Below are positions 1 to 10,477 of a DNA stretch of 64,000 nucleotides, piece after piece (position 1 is the stretch's first letter; every line of letters starts with the position of its first letter). Below the pieces are notes generated by a model. The model was not told the origin of the DNA and ran no database searches. It worked only from the letters and a program-made list of their open reading frames with translations. A program made the translations under genes and the position numbers. Location: contig CASIAB010000010.1 of assembly GCA_949372635.1 (NCBI GenBank), positions 46,072 through 110,071 on the forward strand, in the 5' to 3' direction. The DNA comes from an uncultured Pseudomonadales bacterium. GTDB taxonomy: Bacteria > Pseudomonadota > Gammaproteobacteria > Pseudomonadales > Pseudohongiellaceae.

Positions 1-1015
1 GCTCGAGGCCGAATACTATGCGATCTACGTTTCGATCAGCCATCAGGTTTAGAGAACTGCCGGTCTGCTCCCAAAGTGACCAAAAGATTATCTGGTAGCT
101 CATTAAGAAAAGGCAGACGAGCATTCTATTTCTGTCCATCGGTTCACACTTTGTGAATGCGTAGACAATAACAGTAAGAGTCATGCCTATTAGCGTAGCG
201 CCTACAAGACCGCCTACAAGAAGGGGTGTCTGCATAAGCTGCCAACATACTAAAACGCCAACAAAGGCTAGTATGTAAATCAGCATTTCGCGACTAATCC
301 CAAGAAAGACTTTCTGCTGCAGTGCCATCGGGTCTTTTGGTCGCCCAGCAGGCCCAAATAGATGATGGCCTTTTATGAATATTGCTAATCCGAACAACAT
401 GCCGATACCGGCTACGCCGAATCCCCAGCTAAAACCTTTATACTGTAATAATAGGCCGCAGATAATTGCTCCTAAGAATGAGCCGGCATTGATCCCCATA
501 TAAAACAGCGTGAAGGCTCCATCGCGTCGAGGGTCCTCGCGCTCGTACATAGAGCCTACGAGTGTAGAGATGTTAGCTTTCAAGAAGCCTACGCCCATAA
601 TGATTAGCCCAAGCGAGAAGTAGAATACCTGGAGGTAGAATGGGTCGCGTTGAATTATCGTCTTGCCATCTATGATGGTCTCCATCGCCTGGGAGCCTTC
701 GATGGCCATGCCTAAGTGACCGGCAACGAGTAGTATGGATCCTAGAATAACTGCCTTAACAGGACCGATGTAGCGGTCCGCGACAACTCCTCCAATAACG
801 GGTGTTATATAGACTAGTGATATGTAGGCGGCATAGATGCTTGAGGCAGATTGATCAGAGAAAAGAAAGTGCTGGGTTAAATAGAAGATGAGCAGGGCGC
901 GCATCCCATAATAACTGAAGCGCTCCCACATTTCGGTCAGGAAGCAAATAACTAAGCCACGCGGATGGCCGAGAAACTCTTTTGGAGCGTTGGCGGTGCT
1001 TAAATCATCTGTCAT
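1..1015 (-). CDS. POT/PTR2-family di-/tripeptide:proton symporter (N-terminal ~338 codons; 3' end lies beyond the window edge)
   Basis: Manual translation of the minus strand from ATG (1015-1013) is open all the way to position 1. It reads MTDDLSTANAPKEFLGHPRGLVICFLTEMWERFSYYGMRALLIFYLTQ..., carrying the PTR2 signature (ERFSYYGMR), and later FWSLWEQTGSSLNLMADRNVD. It is absent from the ORF track only because it runs off the edge. Confidence 0.85.
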   Translation of the reverse strand, partial: MTDDLSTANAPKEFLGHPRGLVICFLTEMWERFSYYGMRALLIFYLTQHFLFSDQSASSIYAAYISLVYITPVIGGVVADRYIGPVKAVILGSILLVAGHLGMAIEGSQAMETIIDGKTIIQRDPFYLQVFYFSLGLIIMGVGFLKANISTLVGSMYEREDPRRDGAFTLFYMGINAGSFLGAIICGLLLQYKGFSWGFGVAGIGMLFGLAIFIKGHHLFGPAGRPKDPMALQQKVFLGISREMLIYILAFVGVLVCWQLMQTPLLVGGLVGATLIGMTLTVIVYAFTKCEPMDRNRMLVCLFLMSYQIIFWSLWEQTGSSLNLMADRNVDRIVFGLE

Positions 1016-1020
1016 ATCCA

Positions 1021-2614
1021 CTAGTTTCCTAAACTCCCCGGAATAACTCGAAGTTCTTGTCCGGGAAAAATTAATTCGTCTATGCTAAGCTCATTCCACA
1101 GCAGCAGCATTTGCAGGTCAATGCTAAAACGACTAGCTATTGCGTCCATGTTATCGCCGCTGCGAACAACATAGAAGGCAGCACTATCGCTGATTTTTAC
1201 TTCCAGCGTTTTATTCTTATCTTCAATTGCATAGGACAAGTTTAAAATCTGGCCTGGCTGTAGCAACTCGTTCAGGGGTATCTGGTTCCAAGCGGCGATC
1301 TCGATTGAGCGGAGTTGGAATCGTTTTGCAATAACCCAGAGGTTATCTCCGTCTCTTACCACGTATTGACTTGGTACCTGAGGGCATTCACTTGTCTTGA
1401 GCCTTGCCATGCGGGGCGCTGAAGATAGAAGCTCGGGATCGTTGGTGCGCGGAATCAACAGGGACTCGCCGGCTTTTATGCGACTCCCAACTAAGTAATT
1501 AAACGTCTGTAGTACATCTACACGGGTGTTTAACCTTGCAGCAATCGCGCCGAGCGTATCACCCGGTTTTATCTCATATCGATCCCAAGTCAGGAGGTCA
1601 TGCTTATCTATTCCAACTAGGGCGCTCTCCAGCAATGTTGCGTTTTTAAGCGGGAGCAGCATTTCCTGCGGTTGGTCTGGATGAGTTGCCCATTGGAGGT
1701 AACCCGGGTTCAATGCTCTTAGTTGTTCATATTCGATCTCGGCTAACCTTGCAGCTTGCGAGAGGTCTATTTGCGTACCGATCTGGACGGAGCGGAGTAT
1801 CGGCTCGTTGGCAAGCGGCTCTAACTCGATGTTCCAAGCGTCGTTGTCAGCGATGATGGCGGATAGGGCGAGTAGTTTCGGCACATGCGCCTCTGTCTCC
1901 TCTGGCAGATTAAGATTCCAGAAATTTATTTCTTCATCGTCATTCTTGCGAATAGCTTTACGCAGGTTCCCATCTCCTGTGTTATAGGCGGCAAGGGCTA
2001 GTAACCAATCCTCATCGAATCGTTTGTAGAGCTGCTCCATGTAGTCTAAAGCAGCGTGAGTAGAGGCCAATGGATCTCTGCGACCATCGAACCACCAATC
2101 TTGCTGCAATCCAAAGCTCGATCCTGTAGCGCCAATAAATTGCCATAGGCCTACCGCATGTTGCTTCGAATAGGCGTTGGGATTGTAAGAGCTTTCGACC
2201 ATTGGCAGTAACGCGAATTCCATCGGGAGTCCGCGGCGATCAATTTCTTCAACTATCTCAAATAAGAACGGTGAAGCTCGATTCTGTAGTAGGTCGAAAT
2301 AGCGTTGCTGCGTTGAATAGTTCTGACTATATCTCGCGACGTTAGGATGTGAATAGTGCTCATGAAGTTGAAATCCGTCTACGAATTTTTTCCCATAAAT
2401 CATCGTAGTGTATGTCAGAATTTGTGGCCAGCGCTGATACCTTATTGGCTATCTCTGAATTCCCAAGCGAAAATTCTGGGTTCTGTGTGTGTTCCTCTAT
2501 TGTGGCAGCGCTTCTAGATTCAGCGGGGGGCGACTCCAATTGTTGCGAGTTTTGACAAGCTGCAAGGAGTAGTGGAAGTAGCGTAATTACGATGTTTCTA
2601 ACTAGTGTTCGCAA
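1021..2614 (-). pseudogene. mltD: membrane-bound lytic murein transglycosylase D (SLT domain plus LysM repeats), split by one frameshift
   Basis: ORF 2360..2614 gives the lipoprotein signal peptide (MRTLVRNIVITLLPLLLAAC) and ends ...DDLWEKIRRRISTS*. ORF 1021..2403 continues in the +1 frame (..FVDGFQLHEHY..) with the SLT core LLPMVESSYNPNAYSKQHAVGLWQF and C-terminal LysM-like repeats (YVVRDGDNLWVIAKRF, YVVRSGDNMDAIASRF). Removing one base from the T6 run at 2386-2391 (A6 on the coding strand) fuses them into ~531 codons. Confidence 0.85.
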
Positions 2615-2876
2615 ATCTAATGCCTGAGAAGTAAGTAAGTGAATTCGATAAAATGAGCGAGCTTTCTGGTACTTTAAGCTCCTATTATGAAGGCATGGAA
2701 CGGAAAGTGCTGATCATAGAGAAGGTTTTACGACAAAACCGACATGATAAGCTATTGCATGCCGTAATACCTAGTGCAGGTCCTTATTGGGGGGATATCG
2801 CTTAATTTCCAGTCCGATAGTGTTTAAACTATGTAGCCTCAAAACTATTCAGCTCAGGATCACCCAAGAGGAGCAA

Positions 2877-3674
2877 ATGAATCTACTTTCCAAACATGAG
2901 ACTCGCCGTCGTCTACTTCGCGGCATGCCTGACTCAGACATGCTCTCGAGCCAGGTGGCGCATTGGTTTCAATCCCCGCAGGGGGAGGCTGTTCTTCTCG
3001 CCGAGAAGAAAGCGATTCACGCAGCCCTCGAGAAGCTCTTTGGCTATCACATACTGCAGCTCGGATTCAGTGAAGAGCATTCTGTTATTGAGCAAAGCCC
3101 AGTAGGTCACAAGATAATTTTCTCTCCTAGCTTTAGGGTGGGTTCTACTAGAGCTGTAGCGAGCAACGAGGAGCTGCCCCTAAGCAGCGATAGTATCGAT
3201 GTTATAGTTATTCATCATGCTCTCGATTTTGCGACGAACAGCCATCGCGTTCTAAGAGAGGCGACTCGAGTGTTACGTCCCGGTGGTCACATGCTTATTG
3301 TAGGGTTCAATCCTTATAGCTATTGGGGATTCTGGAAGCTATTCAAACGGAAGAAGAATATGCCTTGGCGGGGGAAATTTATTTCGAAGGGACGCGTCAG
3401 CGACTGGCTGAAACTGTTAGACCTGCACATAGATTCTATTTTCTATGGCTTGCATTTTATGCCTGTGAAAATATCGAGATTATTAAGCCACGCACAAAGC
3501 ATCGAAAATTTAGGCAATAGGCTCCATAGCCCCCTTGGCGGAGCCTATTTTATTCGTTGCATCAAACAGGCCGTGCCTGTCACACCCATACTGCCAACGT
3601 GGCGGACATTACGTGCGCGCTCCTCGGGAATGCCCGCCGTGGAAAACGCTCGTGCTAAGATTAAGGTCCATTAA
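2877..3674 (+). CDS. class I SAM-dependent methyltransferase (YafS-like)
   Basis: ATG at 2877 is in frame with ORF 2787..3674 and preceded by GAGGAG. It has a methyltransferase-type core ([26 protein letters not shown]). It sits between mltD and rnhA-dnaQ, as the yafS-type gene does in E. coli and Pseudomonas. Confidence 0.7.
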   Translation: MNLLSKHETRRRLLRGMPDSDMLSSQVAHWFQSPQGEAVLLAEKKAIHAALEKLFGYHILQLGFSEEHSVIEQSPVGHKIIFSPSFRVGSTRAVASNEELPLSSDSIDVIVIHHALDFATNSHRVLREATRVLRPGGHMLIVGFNPYSYWGFWKLFKRKKNMPWRGKFISKGRVSDWLKLLDLHIDSIFYGLHFMPVKISRLLSHAQSIENLGNRLHSPLGGAYFIRCIKQAVPVTPILPTWRTLRARSSGMPAVENARAKIKVH

Positions 3675-3715
3675 GAGAACTGCAGCATCAAATAATTAAG
3701 GCGTTAGATATTTCT

Positions 3716-4153
3716 ATGTCACAAGTAGTTGAGATGTATACCGATGGAGCCTGTCGAGGAAATCCTGGGCCAGGTGGATGGGGAGTGTTACTGCGCTATG
3801 GTGGCGTGGAGAAGACTCTGCATGGTGGCGAGACTATGAGTACCAACAACAAAATGGAACTCACGGCAGTGATCAGGGGCCTTCAGGCTTTAACCAAGTC
3901 CTGCGACGTGGTGATCACAACCGATTCCAAATATGTGCTCACCGGGATCACCGAGTGGATCGAAAGCTGGAAAAAGCGGAATTGGCGTACAGCAAACAAA
4001 AAGCCAGTGCTAAATGTGGAGCTTTGGAAGGAACTTGACGGACTTGTGGGCGGGCATACAATCGAATGGATTTGGGTTAAGGGGCATAGCGGGCATGCTG
4101 AAAACGAGATCGCTGATCAACTGGCAAATCTAGGGATAGATGAATTGGATTAG
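3716..4153 (+). CDS. rnhA: ribonuclease HI
   Basis: 145 aa. [37 protein letters not shown] and [18 protein letters not shown] are canonical RNase H1 motifs. Confidence 0.95.
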   Translation: MSQVVEMYTDGACRGNPGPGGWGVLLRYGGVEKTLHGGETMSTNNKMELTAVIRGLQALTKSCDVVITTDSKYVLTGITEWIESWKKRNWRTANKKPVLNVELWKELDGLVGGHTIEWIWVKGHSGHAENEIADQLANLGIDELD

Positions 4154-4246
4154 CTGGTAGCTAACATTCAATTCAAGCTAAGCAGCTGAAGTAAATAGTT
4201 AACATAAATAGCTCAAGTAGGAAGCTCGATAGATGGAAAGCATAAT

Positions 4247-4972
4247 ATGCGACAGGTAGTACTTGATACTGAAACTACCGGTTTGGATCCTTCTCAGGGC
4301 CACCGAGTTATCGAAATAGGCTGCGTGGAAATTGACAATCGCAAGCTTACCGGAAAGCATTTTCACTGCTATCTTAACCCTGATCGTGAGATCGATGCAG
4401 GGGCAATGGAAGTGCACGGCCTTACGTCACATTTCCTTGCAGATAAACCACGCTTTCATCAGGTCGAATCTGAGTTTCTCGACTTCATCGATGGGTCAGA
4501 ATTAGTCATACACAATGCGCCATTCGACATCGGATTTCTAGATCACGAACTACGTGCGACCAAAACAGATGCGCTTCAAATAACGAGTTTCTGTCGTATC
4601 CTCGATAGTCTGCTACTCGCTCGCGAGATGCATCCTGGGCAGCGCAATAGCCTCGACGCACTCTGTAAACGTTACGGAGTGGACAACACACAAAGGCAGC
4701 TTCACGGCGCCTTACTGGACGCAGAAATTTTGGCCGATGTCTATTTGGTGATGACAAGCGGTCAATCCAGTCTGCTTCTAGCTGAAGATGAATTAGAAGG
4801 TTCAACGCGTAGAGCTAAGACTAGAAAGAGCCATACCGAGCGACCGAAAATTGCGGTGGTCAAGGCTGGTAGCGATGAGCTGAAGGTTCATCGGCAGCGC
4901 CTGAATGATCTTGCTCAGAGTAGCGAACATGGGTGTCTGTGGCTAGATTTAGAAGGTGAAAATCAGACCTAG
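4247..4972 (+). CDS. dnaQ: DNA polymerase III epsilon subunit (3'-5' proofreading exonuclease)
   Basis: 241 aa. Exo motifs VLDTETTGL, IHNAPFDIGFL and HGALLDAEILADVY. It lies next to rnhA. Confidence 0.95.
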   Translation: MRQVVLDTETTGLDPSQGHRVIEIGCVEIDNRKLTGKHFHCYLNPDREIDAGAMEVHGLTSHFLADKPRFHQVESEFLDFIDGSELVIHNAPFDIGFLDHELRATKTDALQITSFCRILDSLLLAREMHPGQRNSLDALCKRYGVDNTQRQLHGALLDAEILADVYLVMTSGQSSLLLAEDELEGSTRRAKTRKSHTERPKIAVVKAGSDELKVHRQRLNDLAQSSEHGCLWLDLEGENQT

Positions 4973-5134
4973 CAGCGACCGGCACGAATCATCTTGAACA
5001 GCACTTGCAGAAACTATAGTATCTTGCGCCAACTTACACTAGTTCTTTGCGAAAACCTCATAAATGCAAACTGTTGCGATTTTTGCGCAGCGTAGCTCAA
5101 AAATTAGTCCCAGCCATCTGTCGATAGAGTACCC

Positions 5135-5950
5135 ATGTCTCATACAGAGCATTTCCTCAACCGCCAACAATTAAGCGAATCTGATAGCTTCATATTGTTT
5201 TACTTATCGCAGATTTTGGTGCGTGATGAAGGTATTCTGTGGAGTCTCGAGCAGATAAGTGATCACTTAGACGATTCTGCCGATTTAATCTTGCTGCAAC
5301 GAGACGCTGACACATCGGTAATTGCTGTCAGTTTGCAGCAGAACATATCTGTGATTCTCCAAGCTGAGGTTAAATCTCTGCGGAGTCTTCTTTCCGATAC
5401 GGATCAGGAAAAATTCCTGCTCGCGGGCAGAGCGAGTCAGCTAGTCGATTGGTATAAAAGCCATAAATATTGCGGGACCTGCGGCACGGAGACGGTCCAT
5501 CATGGGAGTGAACGAACCTTGGTCTGCAAGAGCTGTTCGCTGCATTTCTTTCCGCGAATTAGCCCCTGTGTGATTATGCTCGTTACTAAAGACGATAAGA
5601 TGCTTCTTGCTCAAAGTTCGCGCTATAAGTCTAACTTCTATAGTTGTTTGGCCGGCTTTATCGAGATCGGGGAGACTCCAGAACAAACAGTACACAGGGA
5701 AGTAAAGGAAGAAGTAAATTTGTATGTTAAGAACGTCCGCTATATATCTAGTCAGTCTTGGCCATTCCCGTCGCAGCTAATGCTGGGCTTCTTGGCGGAA
5801 TATGATGGAGGTGAGATTGTCCCAGACCTGTCAGAAATCGCCGATGCTCGGTGGTTTGATATTGATTCCTTGCCTAATGTGCCATCTGAGAAGGTAAGTG
5901 TGGCGGGAAAGCTAATCCGGACCTTTATAGACGAGGTTAAGAATAGGTAA
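5135..5950 (+). CDS. nudC: NAD+ diphosphatase (NADH pyrophosphatase, Nudix)
   Basis: 271 aa. Zinc ribbon CGTCG...CKSC followed by Nudix box GFIEIGETPEQTVHREVKEEVNL and SQSWPFPSQLM. Confidence 0.9.
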   Translation: MSHTEHFLNRQQLSESDSFILFYLSQILVRDEGILWSLEQISDHLDDSADLILLQRDADTSVIAVSLQQNISVILQAEVKSLRSLLSDTDQEKFLLAGRASQLVDWYKSHKYCGTCGTETVHHGSERTLVCKSCSLHFFPRISPCVIMLVTKDDKMLLAQSSRYKSNFYSCLAGFIEIGETPEQTVHREVKEEVNLYVKNVRYISSQSWPFPSQLMLGFLAEYDGGEIVPDLSEIADARWFDIDSLPNVPSEKVSVAGKLIRTFIDEVKNR

Positions 5951-5991
5951 GTTTGTGAGGGGTGTCCTATTTTGAGTTCCTTAAACAATAG

Positions 5992-7125
5992 ATGCAAAAT
6001 GCGCAAACAACGAGCATTACAGGAGAAATACGTTTGGAATATTTGACTCAGTACGGCATGTTTTTAGCAAAGGCGGTGACCATCGTAGTGTCTATTGTCA
6101 TTGTTGTGGGTTCGATCGCTGCTAGCGGAAATCGCCAGCGCAAGACTGGTAAAAAAGGTCAGATCAAGGTTACTCATCTTAATGAGCATTTTGATGATAT
6201 GAAGGATACTTTGCGATACTCAGTGCTGGCCAAAGACCAGTTAAAACAGGTTCACAAAGACGAGAAGAAGAAGGCTAAGATCGAGTCGAAGGAACAGGCT
6301 AAAGCGGACAAAGAGGCAGCAAAGAAGCCAGATGATGTCGCTGACGACGCGAGCAAGGCAGAACAAAGAAAGAAGCGTGTTTACGTAATCAACTTCACGG
6401 GAAACATTTCCGCTGATGAAGTGGTATCTTTGCGTGAAGAGATCACAGCGATACTGACACTGGCGGAACCTCACGATGAGGTTTTGTTGCGCCTAGAAAG
6501 TCCAGGAGGCATGGTGCATGCTTATGGACTTGCGTCCTCGCAATTGCTGCGTATCAAAAGCAAACAAATACCTCTTACTATCTGTGTAGACAAAGTTGCA
6601 GCTAGCGGCGGTTATATGATGGCTTGCTTAGCCGATCGCTTGGTATCCGCACCCTTTGCTATAATAGGTTCAATCGGCGTATTGGTACAGTTACCAAACT
6701 TTCATCGTGTGCTTAAGAAAAATGAAGTCGATTACGAAATTATTAGCGCCGGTGAATTCAAGAGAACACTAACTCAGTTTGGAGAAATTACTCAAAAAGG
6801 GCGCGACAAGGTTCAAGAAGAAGTAGAAACAATGCACGACATCTTTAAAGCTTGGATCAAAGAGCACCGACCGAGCGTTGAGATTGACAAGATCGCCACC
6901 GGCGAAACATGGGTCGGTACTCAGGCTAAGGAGCGTTATATGGTCGATGAGATCAAGACCAGTGACGACTGCATCGTCGGCGCCTGCGAGGAAGCCGATG
7001 TATACGAAGTGGAATATGAGCTACCAAAATCTCTACAAGATAAAATTGGCGGTGCCTTCCAAGGAACGGCTGAAAAACTGTTCGCCAACTGGGTCGGGAA
7101 ATCGACGACTAATACATTTCAATAA
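5992..7125 (+). CDS. sohB: S49-family inner-membrane peptidase SohB
   Basis: 377 aa. N-terminal TM helix, Lys/Glu/Ala-rich linker, S49 core (VDKVAASGGYMMACLADRLVSAPFAIIGSIGV). Confidence 0.85.
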   Translation: MQNAQTTSITGEIRLEYLTQYGMFLAKAVTIVVSIVIVVGSIAASGNRQRKTGKKGQIKVTHLNEHFDDMKDTLRYSVLAKDQLKQVHKDEKKKAKIESKEQAKADKEAAKKPDDVADDASKAEQRKKRVYVINFTGNISADEVVSLREEITAILTLAEPHDEVLLRLESPGGMVHAYGLASSQLLRIKSKQIPLTICVDKVAASGGYMMACLADRLVSAPFAIIGSIGVLVQLPNFHRVLKKNEVDYEIISAGEFKRTLTQFGEITQKGRDKVQEEVETMHDIFKAWIKEHRPSVEIDKIATGETWVGTQAKERYMVDEIKTSDDCIVGACEEADVYEVEYELPKSLQDKIGGAFQGTAEKLFANWVGKSTTNTFQ

Positions 7126-7197
7126 CATTAACTCTAGATACGCTGACAGGGCTTTACGCCTTGTCGAATGAACCAACAACTAAGGGCGGACAGATAA

Positions 7198-8193
7198 TTG
7201 CAAGAATTTAAAGCATTGCAGGTTTCGGAAGACAGCGAAGGAGAATACAGCGCGGCAGTAGTGGAACGCCGTGTTGATGACTTGCCGGAAGGAGACACCT
7301 TAATTCAGGTCAATTATTCCTCGCTAAACTTTAAAGATGCCATGTCTTTTAGTGGTAACAAAGCTGTTACACGGCAGTACCCGCATACGCCTGGCATAGA
7401 CGCGGCAGGAACAGTCGTTAACAGCGCTGATGCGGATCTGAAACCAGGCGACGAGGTGCTGGTAATTGGCTACGACCTTGGCATGAATACTAGCGGTGGT
7501 TTGGGGCAAATGATTCGCGTGCCATCCGAATGGGTCGTCAAACTGCCATCTGGGCTGAGTCAAAAAGAAAGCATGATTATAGGCACGGCGGGTTTTACCG
7601 CGGCGTTGTGTGTTGAGAAACTCCTATTAAATGGTGTCGAGCCGAGTCAGGGTAGGGTGCTGGTAACTGGCGCGAGTGGTGGTGTTGGCATGGTAGCCGT
7701 TGCCCTATTGAGCAAGCTTGGCTTTGATGTTGCCGCGAGCACTGGAAAGCAAGAGGCTCATGCGAGGCTGACCGAATTAGGAGCGTCTGAAGTTGTAGAA
7801 CGAAACGCGCTTGGAGAAGAAAAAACACGGCCTATGCTCAAAGAAGATTGGGCCGCTGCTGTCGATGTGGTCGGTGGAGATACCCTCAGCAACGTAATCA
7901 AATCGCTGCGCTATGGTGGAAGTGTAGCCGCCTGTGGCTTGGTTCAGTCTCCAAGTTTTTCTACTACGGTTCTTCCTTTTATCTTGCGGGGCGTGAATCT
8001 TTTAGGCGTGGATTCGGTACAACTTCCAATTGAAACTAAACGGCGGCTATGGAATAAGCTTGGTGCAGAATGGAAGCTTGATCAGCTAGAAATAATTTGC
8101 ACAGATATCGGGTTTGCTGAACTTAATGCAAGTCTAGCTCAGGTATTAAAAGGGGGGGCAAACGGGCGCTTCGTGCTTGATCTCAACAGCTAA
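7198..8193 (+). CDS. acuI: MDR-family NADPH-dependent oxidoreductase, YhdH/AcuI subfamily (acrylyl-CoA reductase-like)
   Basis: 331 aa with a TTG start. It aligns along its length with my recollection of E. coli YhdH (LPEGD..V.V..SSLN[FY]KDA, PGID.AGTV, IIGTAGFTA, VTGASGGVG, GGSVAACGL). Confidence 0.75.
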   Translation: MQEFKALQVSEDSEGEYSAAVVERRVDDLPEGDTLIQVNYSSLNFKDAMSFSGNKAVTRQYPHTPGIDAAGTVVNSADADLKPGDEVLVIGYDLGMNTSGGLGQMIRVPSEWVVKLPSGLSQKESMIIGTAGFTAALCVEKLLLNGVEPSQGRVLVTGASGGVGMVAVALLSKLGFDVAASTGKQEAHARLTELGASEVVERNALGEEKTRPMLKEDWAAAVDVVGGDTLSNVIKSLRYGGSVAACGLVQSPSFSTTVLPFILRGVNLLGVDSVQLPIETKRRLWNKLGAEWKLDQLEIICTDIGFAELNASLAQVLKGGANGRFVLDLNS

Positions 8194-8272
8194 GTATCAC
8201 AATCGACGAAAGTGAGAAAGAATCAGATTCCATAGTGCTACTGTCACGCTAGTAGGCCTCGGCTATGGCGAG

Positions 8273-8773
8273 CTAGCGTCGCCTGAATAAGGGAGTGGGT
8301 TGTGTGATAGTAGACTGGTAGCCGGTCTCAAAATCTTTAAACGCATCTAGGCAAAGCTCTGGTTCTTGATCGTGACGTATTTCGAAAGTATCAAAGCCGC
8401 ATTGGGCCATATAGTAAAGCTGATCGCGCAGTACGTCTCCAATAGCTCGGACCTCTCCCTTGAAGGCATACTTCTGCCTTAGTTCTCTTGCGCTCGTGTA
8501 AGAACGCCCGTCTGAAAAAACAGTGAAATTAAGAGCAATCAGAGGCAGAGAGCCAACCTCGCCAGTGATCTGTTCAGGGTTTTCATCAGAATCTAACCAT
8601 ACGGCAATTTTGCCGTCGTATCGATCCAACTCTTCTTGATAAAGCTTCCAGAACTGTAGCGGTACGATGAAATTCTTGCCGGTAACCACCTTTAAAATAT
8701 CCGGCCCGGTAGATGCCTTCATGACCGTCCAAGGATTGTCTATGACTGCATTTTTATTAATCAGCTTTGGCAT
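8273..8773 (-). CDS. DUF934-family protein (sulfite-reductase-associated)
   Basis: 166 aa. It overlaps the stop of the upstream cysI-type gene by 17 nt, which suggests translational coupling. The same DUF934-cysI pairing occurs in pseudomonads. Confidence 0.7.
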   Translation of the reverse strand: MPKLINKNAVIDNPWTVMKASTGPDILKVVTGKNFIVPLQFWKLYQEELDRYDGKIAVWLDSDENPEQITGEVGSLPLIALNFTVFSDGRSYTSARELRQKYAFKGEVRAIGDVLRDQLYYMAQCGFDTFEIRHDQEPELCLDAFKDFETGYQSTITQPTPLFRRR

Positions 8774-10424
8774 AGACTTTCTCCTTAAATGGATCTATTC
8801 CAATCCGGTTGTATGTATCGATGAATTTTTCATCGTCGTTGCGCATCTCTTTGTACACACTCACGATATTTTCGACGACATCGGAGATTTCTTCCTGTGC
8901 GAAAGAGGGGCCTATAATTTTGCCGAGGCTAGCTTTGTTCTTTGATGAGCCCCCTAGCGAGACTTGATAATACTCTTCCCCCTTTTTGTCGACTCCTAGA
9001 ATGCCGATATTGCCAACGTGGTGATGCCCGCATGCATTCATGCATCCAGAAATATTGAGGCTCATCTCGCCGATATTGATGAGTTCTTCGTGGTCATTAA
9101 ACTTTCGTTGAATTGATTCGGCTATAGGAATGGATTTCGCATTGGCTAGTGCGCAGAAATCACCGCCAGGGCAGCAGATAACATCGGTTAGTAGGCCAAG
9201 GTTATGGCTCGCCATTGCTCCGGATTCCAACACTTCCCAAAGTTCAAAGAGTTGGTCCTGACGTACATCCGCCATAACTATATTTTGCTTGTGGCTAATT
9301 CGTATTTCACCGAAGCTATATTGGTCAGATAAGTCGGCTATTTGTTTAAGTTGGAGGTCAGTTACATCACCGGGAGCGACACCTGTCTCTTTAAAGCAAA
9401 CAGTCACTATAGAGTAACCTGGAACCTTGTGAGGTTTTACATTTTGAGAGTGCCAGGCCGCGAACAGTATATTACTCTGTAATTTATCAGTCAGTTGTGC
9501 AGGACTGTTGCCGAGGTTTTTATAGTCCGGAGCATCGAAAAATTTCTGGCAGCGATCAATTTCTTCGTCTGTAAGCGTAAGCGAAGAATCTTTAATGAAT
9601 GCCCATTCTTCTATTACTTTGTTCTTGAACTCTTCGACACCAGTTTCCTTTACCAGTATTTTGATTCTGGCTTTGTACTTATTGTCACGACGCCCCTCGC
9701 GGTTATAGACACGAAGTATTGCTTCTAGTGCTGTTAAAAGATATTTCTTCTCAATGAAGTCGAATATTTCTTTGCCTATAACTGGTGTGCGGCCGAGGCC
9801 GCCACCCACGAGAATACGAAAGCCAACCTCGTCATTACTGCCTTTAACAAGGTATATGCCGATGTCATGAACTTGCGTAGCAGCCTGATCGTCAGCAGTA
9901 CCGCAGACGGCAATCTTAAATTTCCGTGGTAGATATGCAAATTCAGGGTGGAAGCTTGACCATTGACGAATGATCTCGCAATACGCTCTACTGTCTTCTA
10001 GTTCATCAGGAGCTGCACCTGCAAATTGATCTGTAGTGGTGTTGCGAATGCAGTTGCCGCTGGTTTGTATGGCGTGCATTTCTACTTCTGCGAGATCAGC
10101 TAGCAAATCCGGCACGTCTACTAAAGCGGGCCAATTATATTGAATATTCTGGCGAGTGGTGAAATGCGCATAACCCTTATCGTAATGATTGGCTATGTAG
10201 GCAAGCTTTCGCAATTGTGTTGAAGACAGCATGCCGTAGGGCACAGCAATGCGAAGCATCGGTGCTAGGCGCTGCACATAGAGCCCGTTTTGGAGGCGCA
10301 GGGGCAGGAACTCGGCTTCACTTAGCTTGCCATCTATGTAGCGATTAGTCTGATCGCGAAACTGGGCGACTCGATCCGCTAACATCTGATGGTCATATCC
10401 GTCGTATCTGTACATGTTGCTCAA
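8757..10424 (-). CDS. cysI: assimilatory sulfite reductase hemoprotein (nitrite/sulfite reductase family, siroheme/4Fe-4S)
   Basis: 555 aa. NiR/SiR ferredoxin-like repeats and a cluster-binding Cys pattern (CCPGGDFC ... SGCMNACGHHHVGNIG). Confidence 0.85.
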   Translation of the reverse strand: MSNMYRYDGYDHQMLADRVAQFRDQTNRYIDGKLSEAEFLPLRLQNGLYVQRLAPMLRIAVPYGMLSSTQLRKLAYIANHYDKGYAHFTTRQNIQYNWPALVDVPDLLADLAEVEMHAIQTSGNCIRNTTTDQFAGAAPDELEDSRAYCEIIRQWSSFHPEFAYLPRKFKIAVCGTADDQAATQVHDIGIYLVKGSNDEVGFRILVGGGLGRTPVIGKEIFDFIEKKYLLTALEAILRVYNREGRRDNKYKARIKILVKETGVEEFKNKVIEEWAFIKDSSLTLTDEEIDRCQKFFDAPDYKNLGNSPAQLTDKLQSNILFAAWHSQNVKPHKVPGYSIVTVCFKETGVAPGDVTDLQLKQIADLSDQYSFGEIRISHKQNIVMADVRQDQLFELWEVLESGAMASHNLGLLTDVICCPGGDFCALANAKSIPIAESIQRKFNDHEELINIGEMSLNISGCMNACGHHHVGNIGILGVDKKGEEYYQVSLGGSSKNKASLGKIIGPSFAQEEISDVVENIVSVYKEMRNDDEKFIDTYNRIGIDPFKEKVYAKAD

Positions 10425-10477
10425 TGCTCTCTATTCGCTGGTCTGAATAACTACTAACTGTGAGTTTTATGTAGGTC

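Noticed and set aside
2615-2876. gloB is absent between mltD and the yafS-like methyltransferase, where it lies in E. coli and Pseudomonas. I looked for a gloB remnant.
   Set aside because: All frames of the 260-nt spacer are full of stops, and none shows a metallo-beta-lactamase motif (THxHxDH) or a GloB-like C-terminus. Absence from this position may only mean the gene sits elsewhere.
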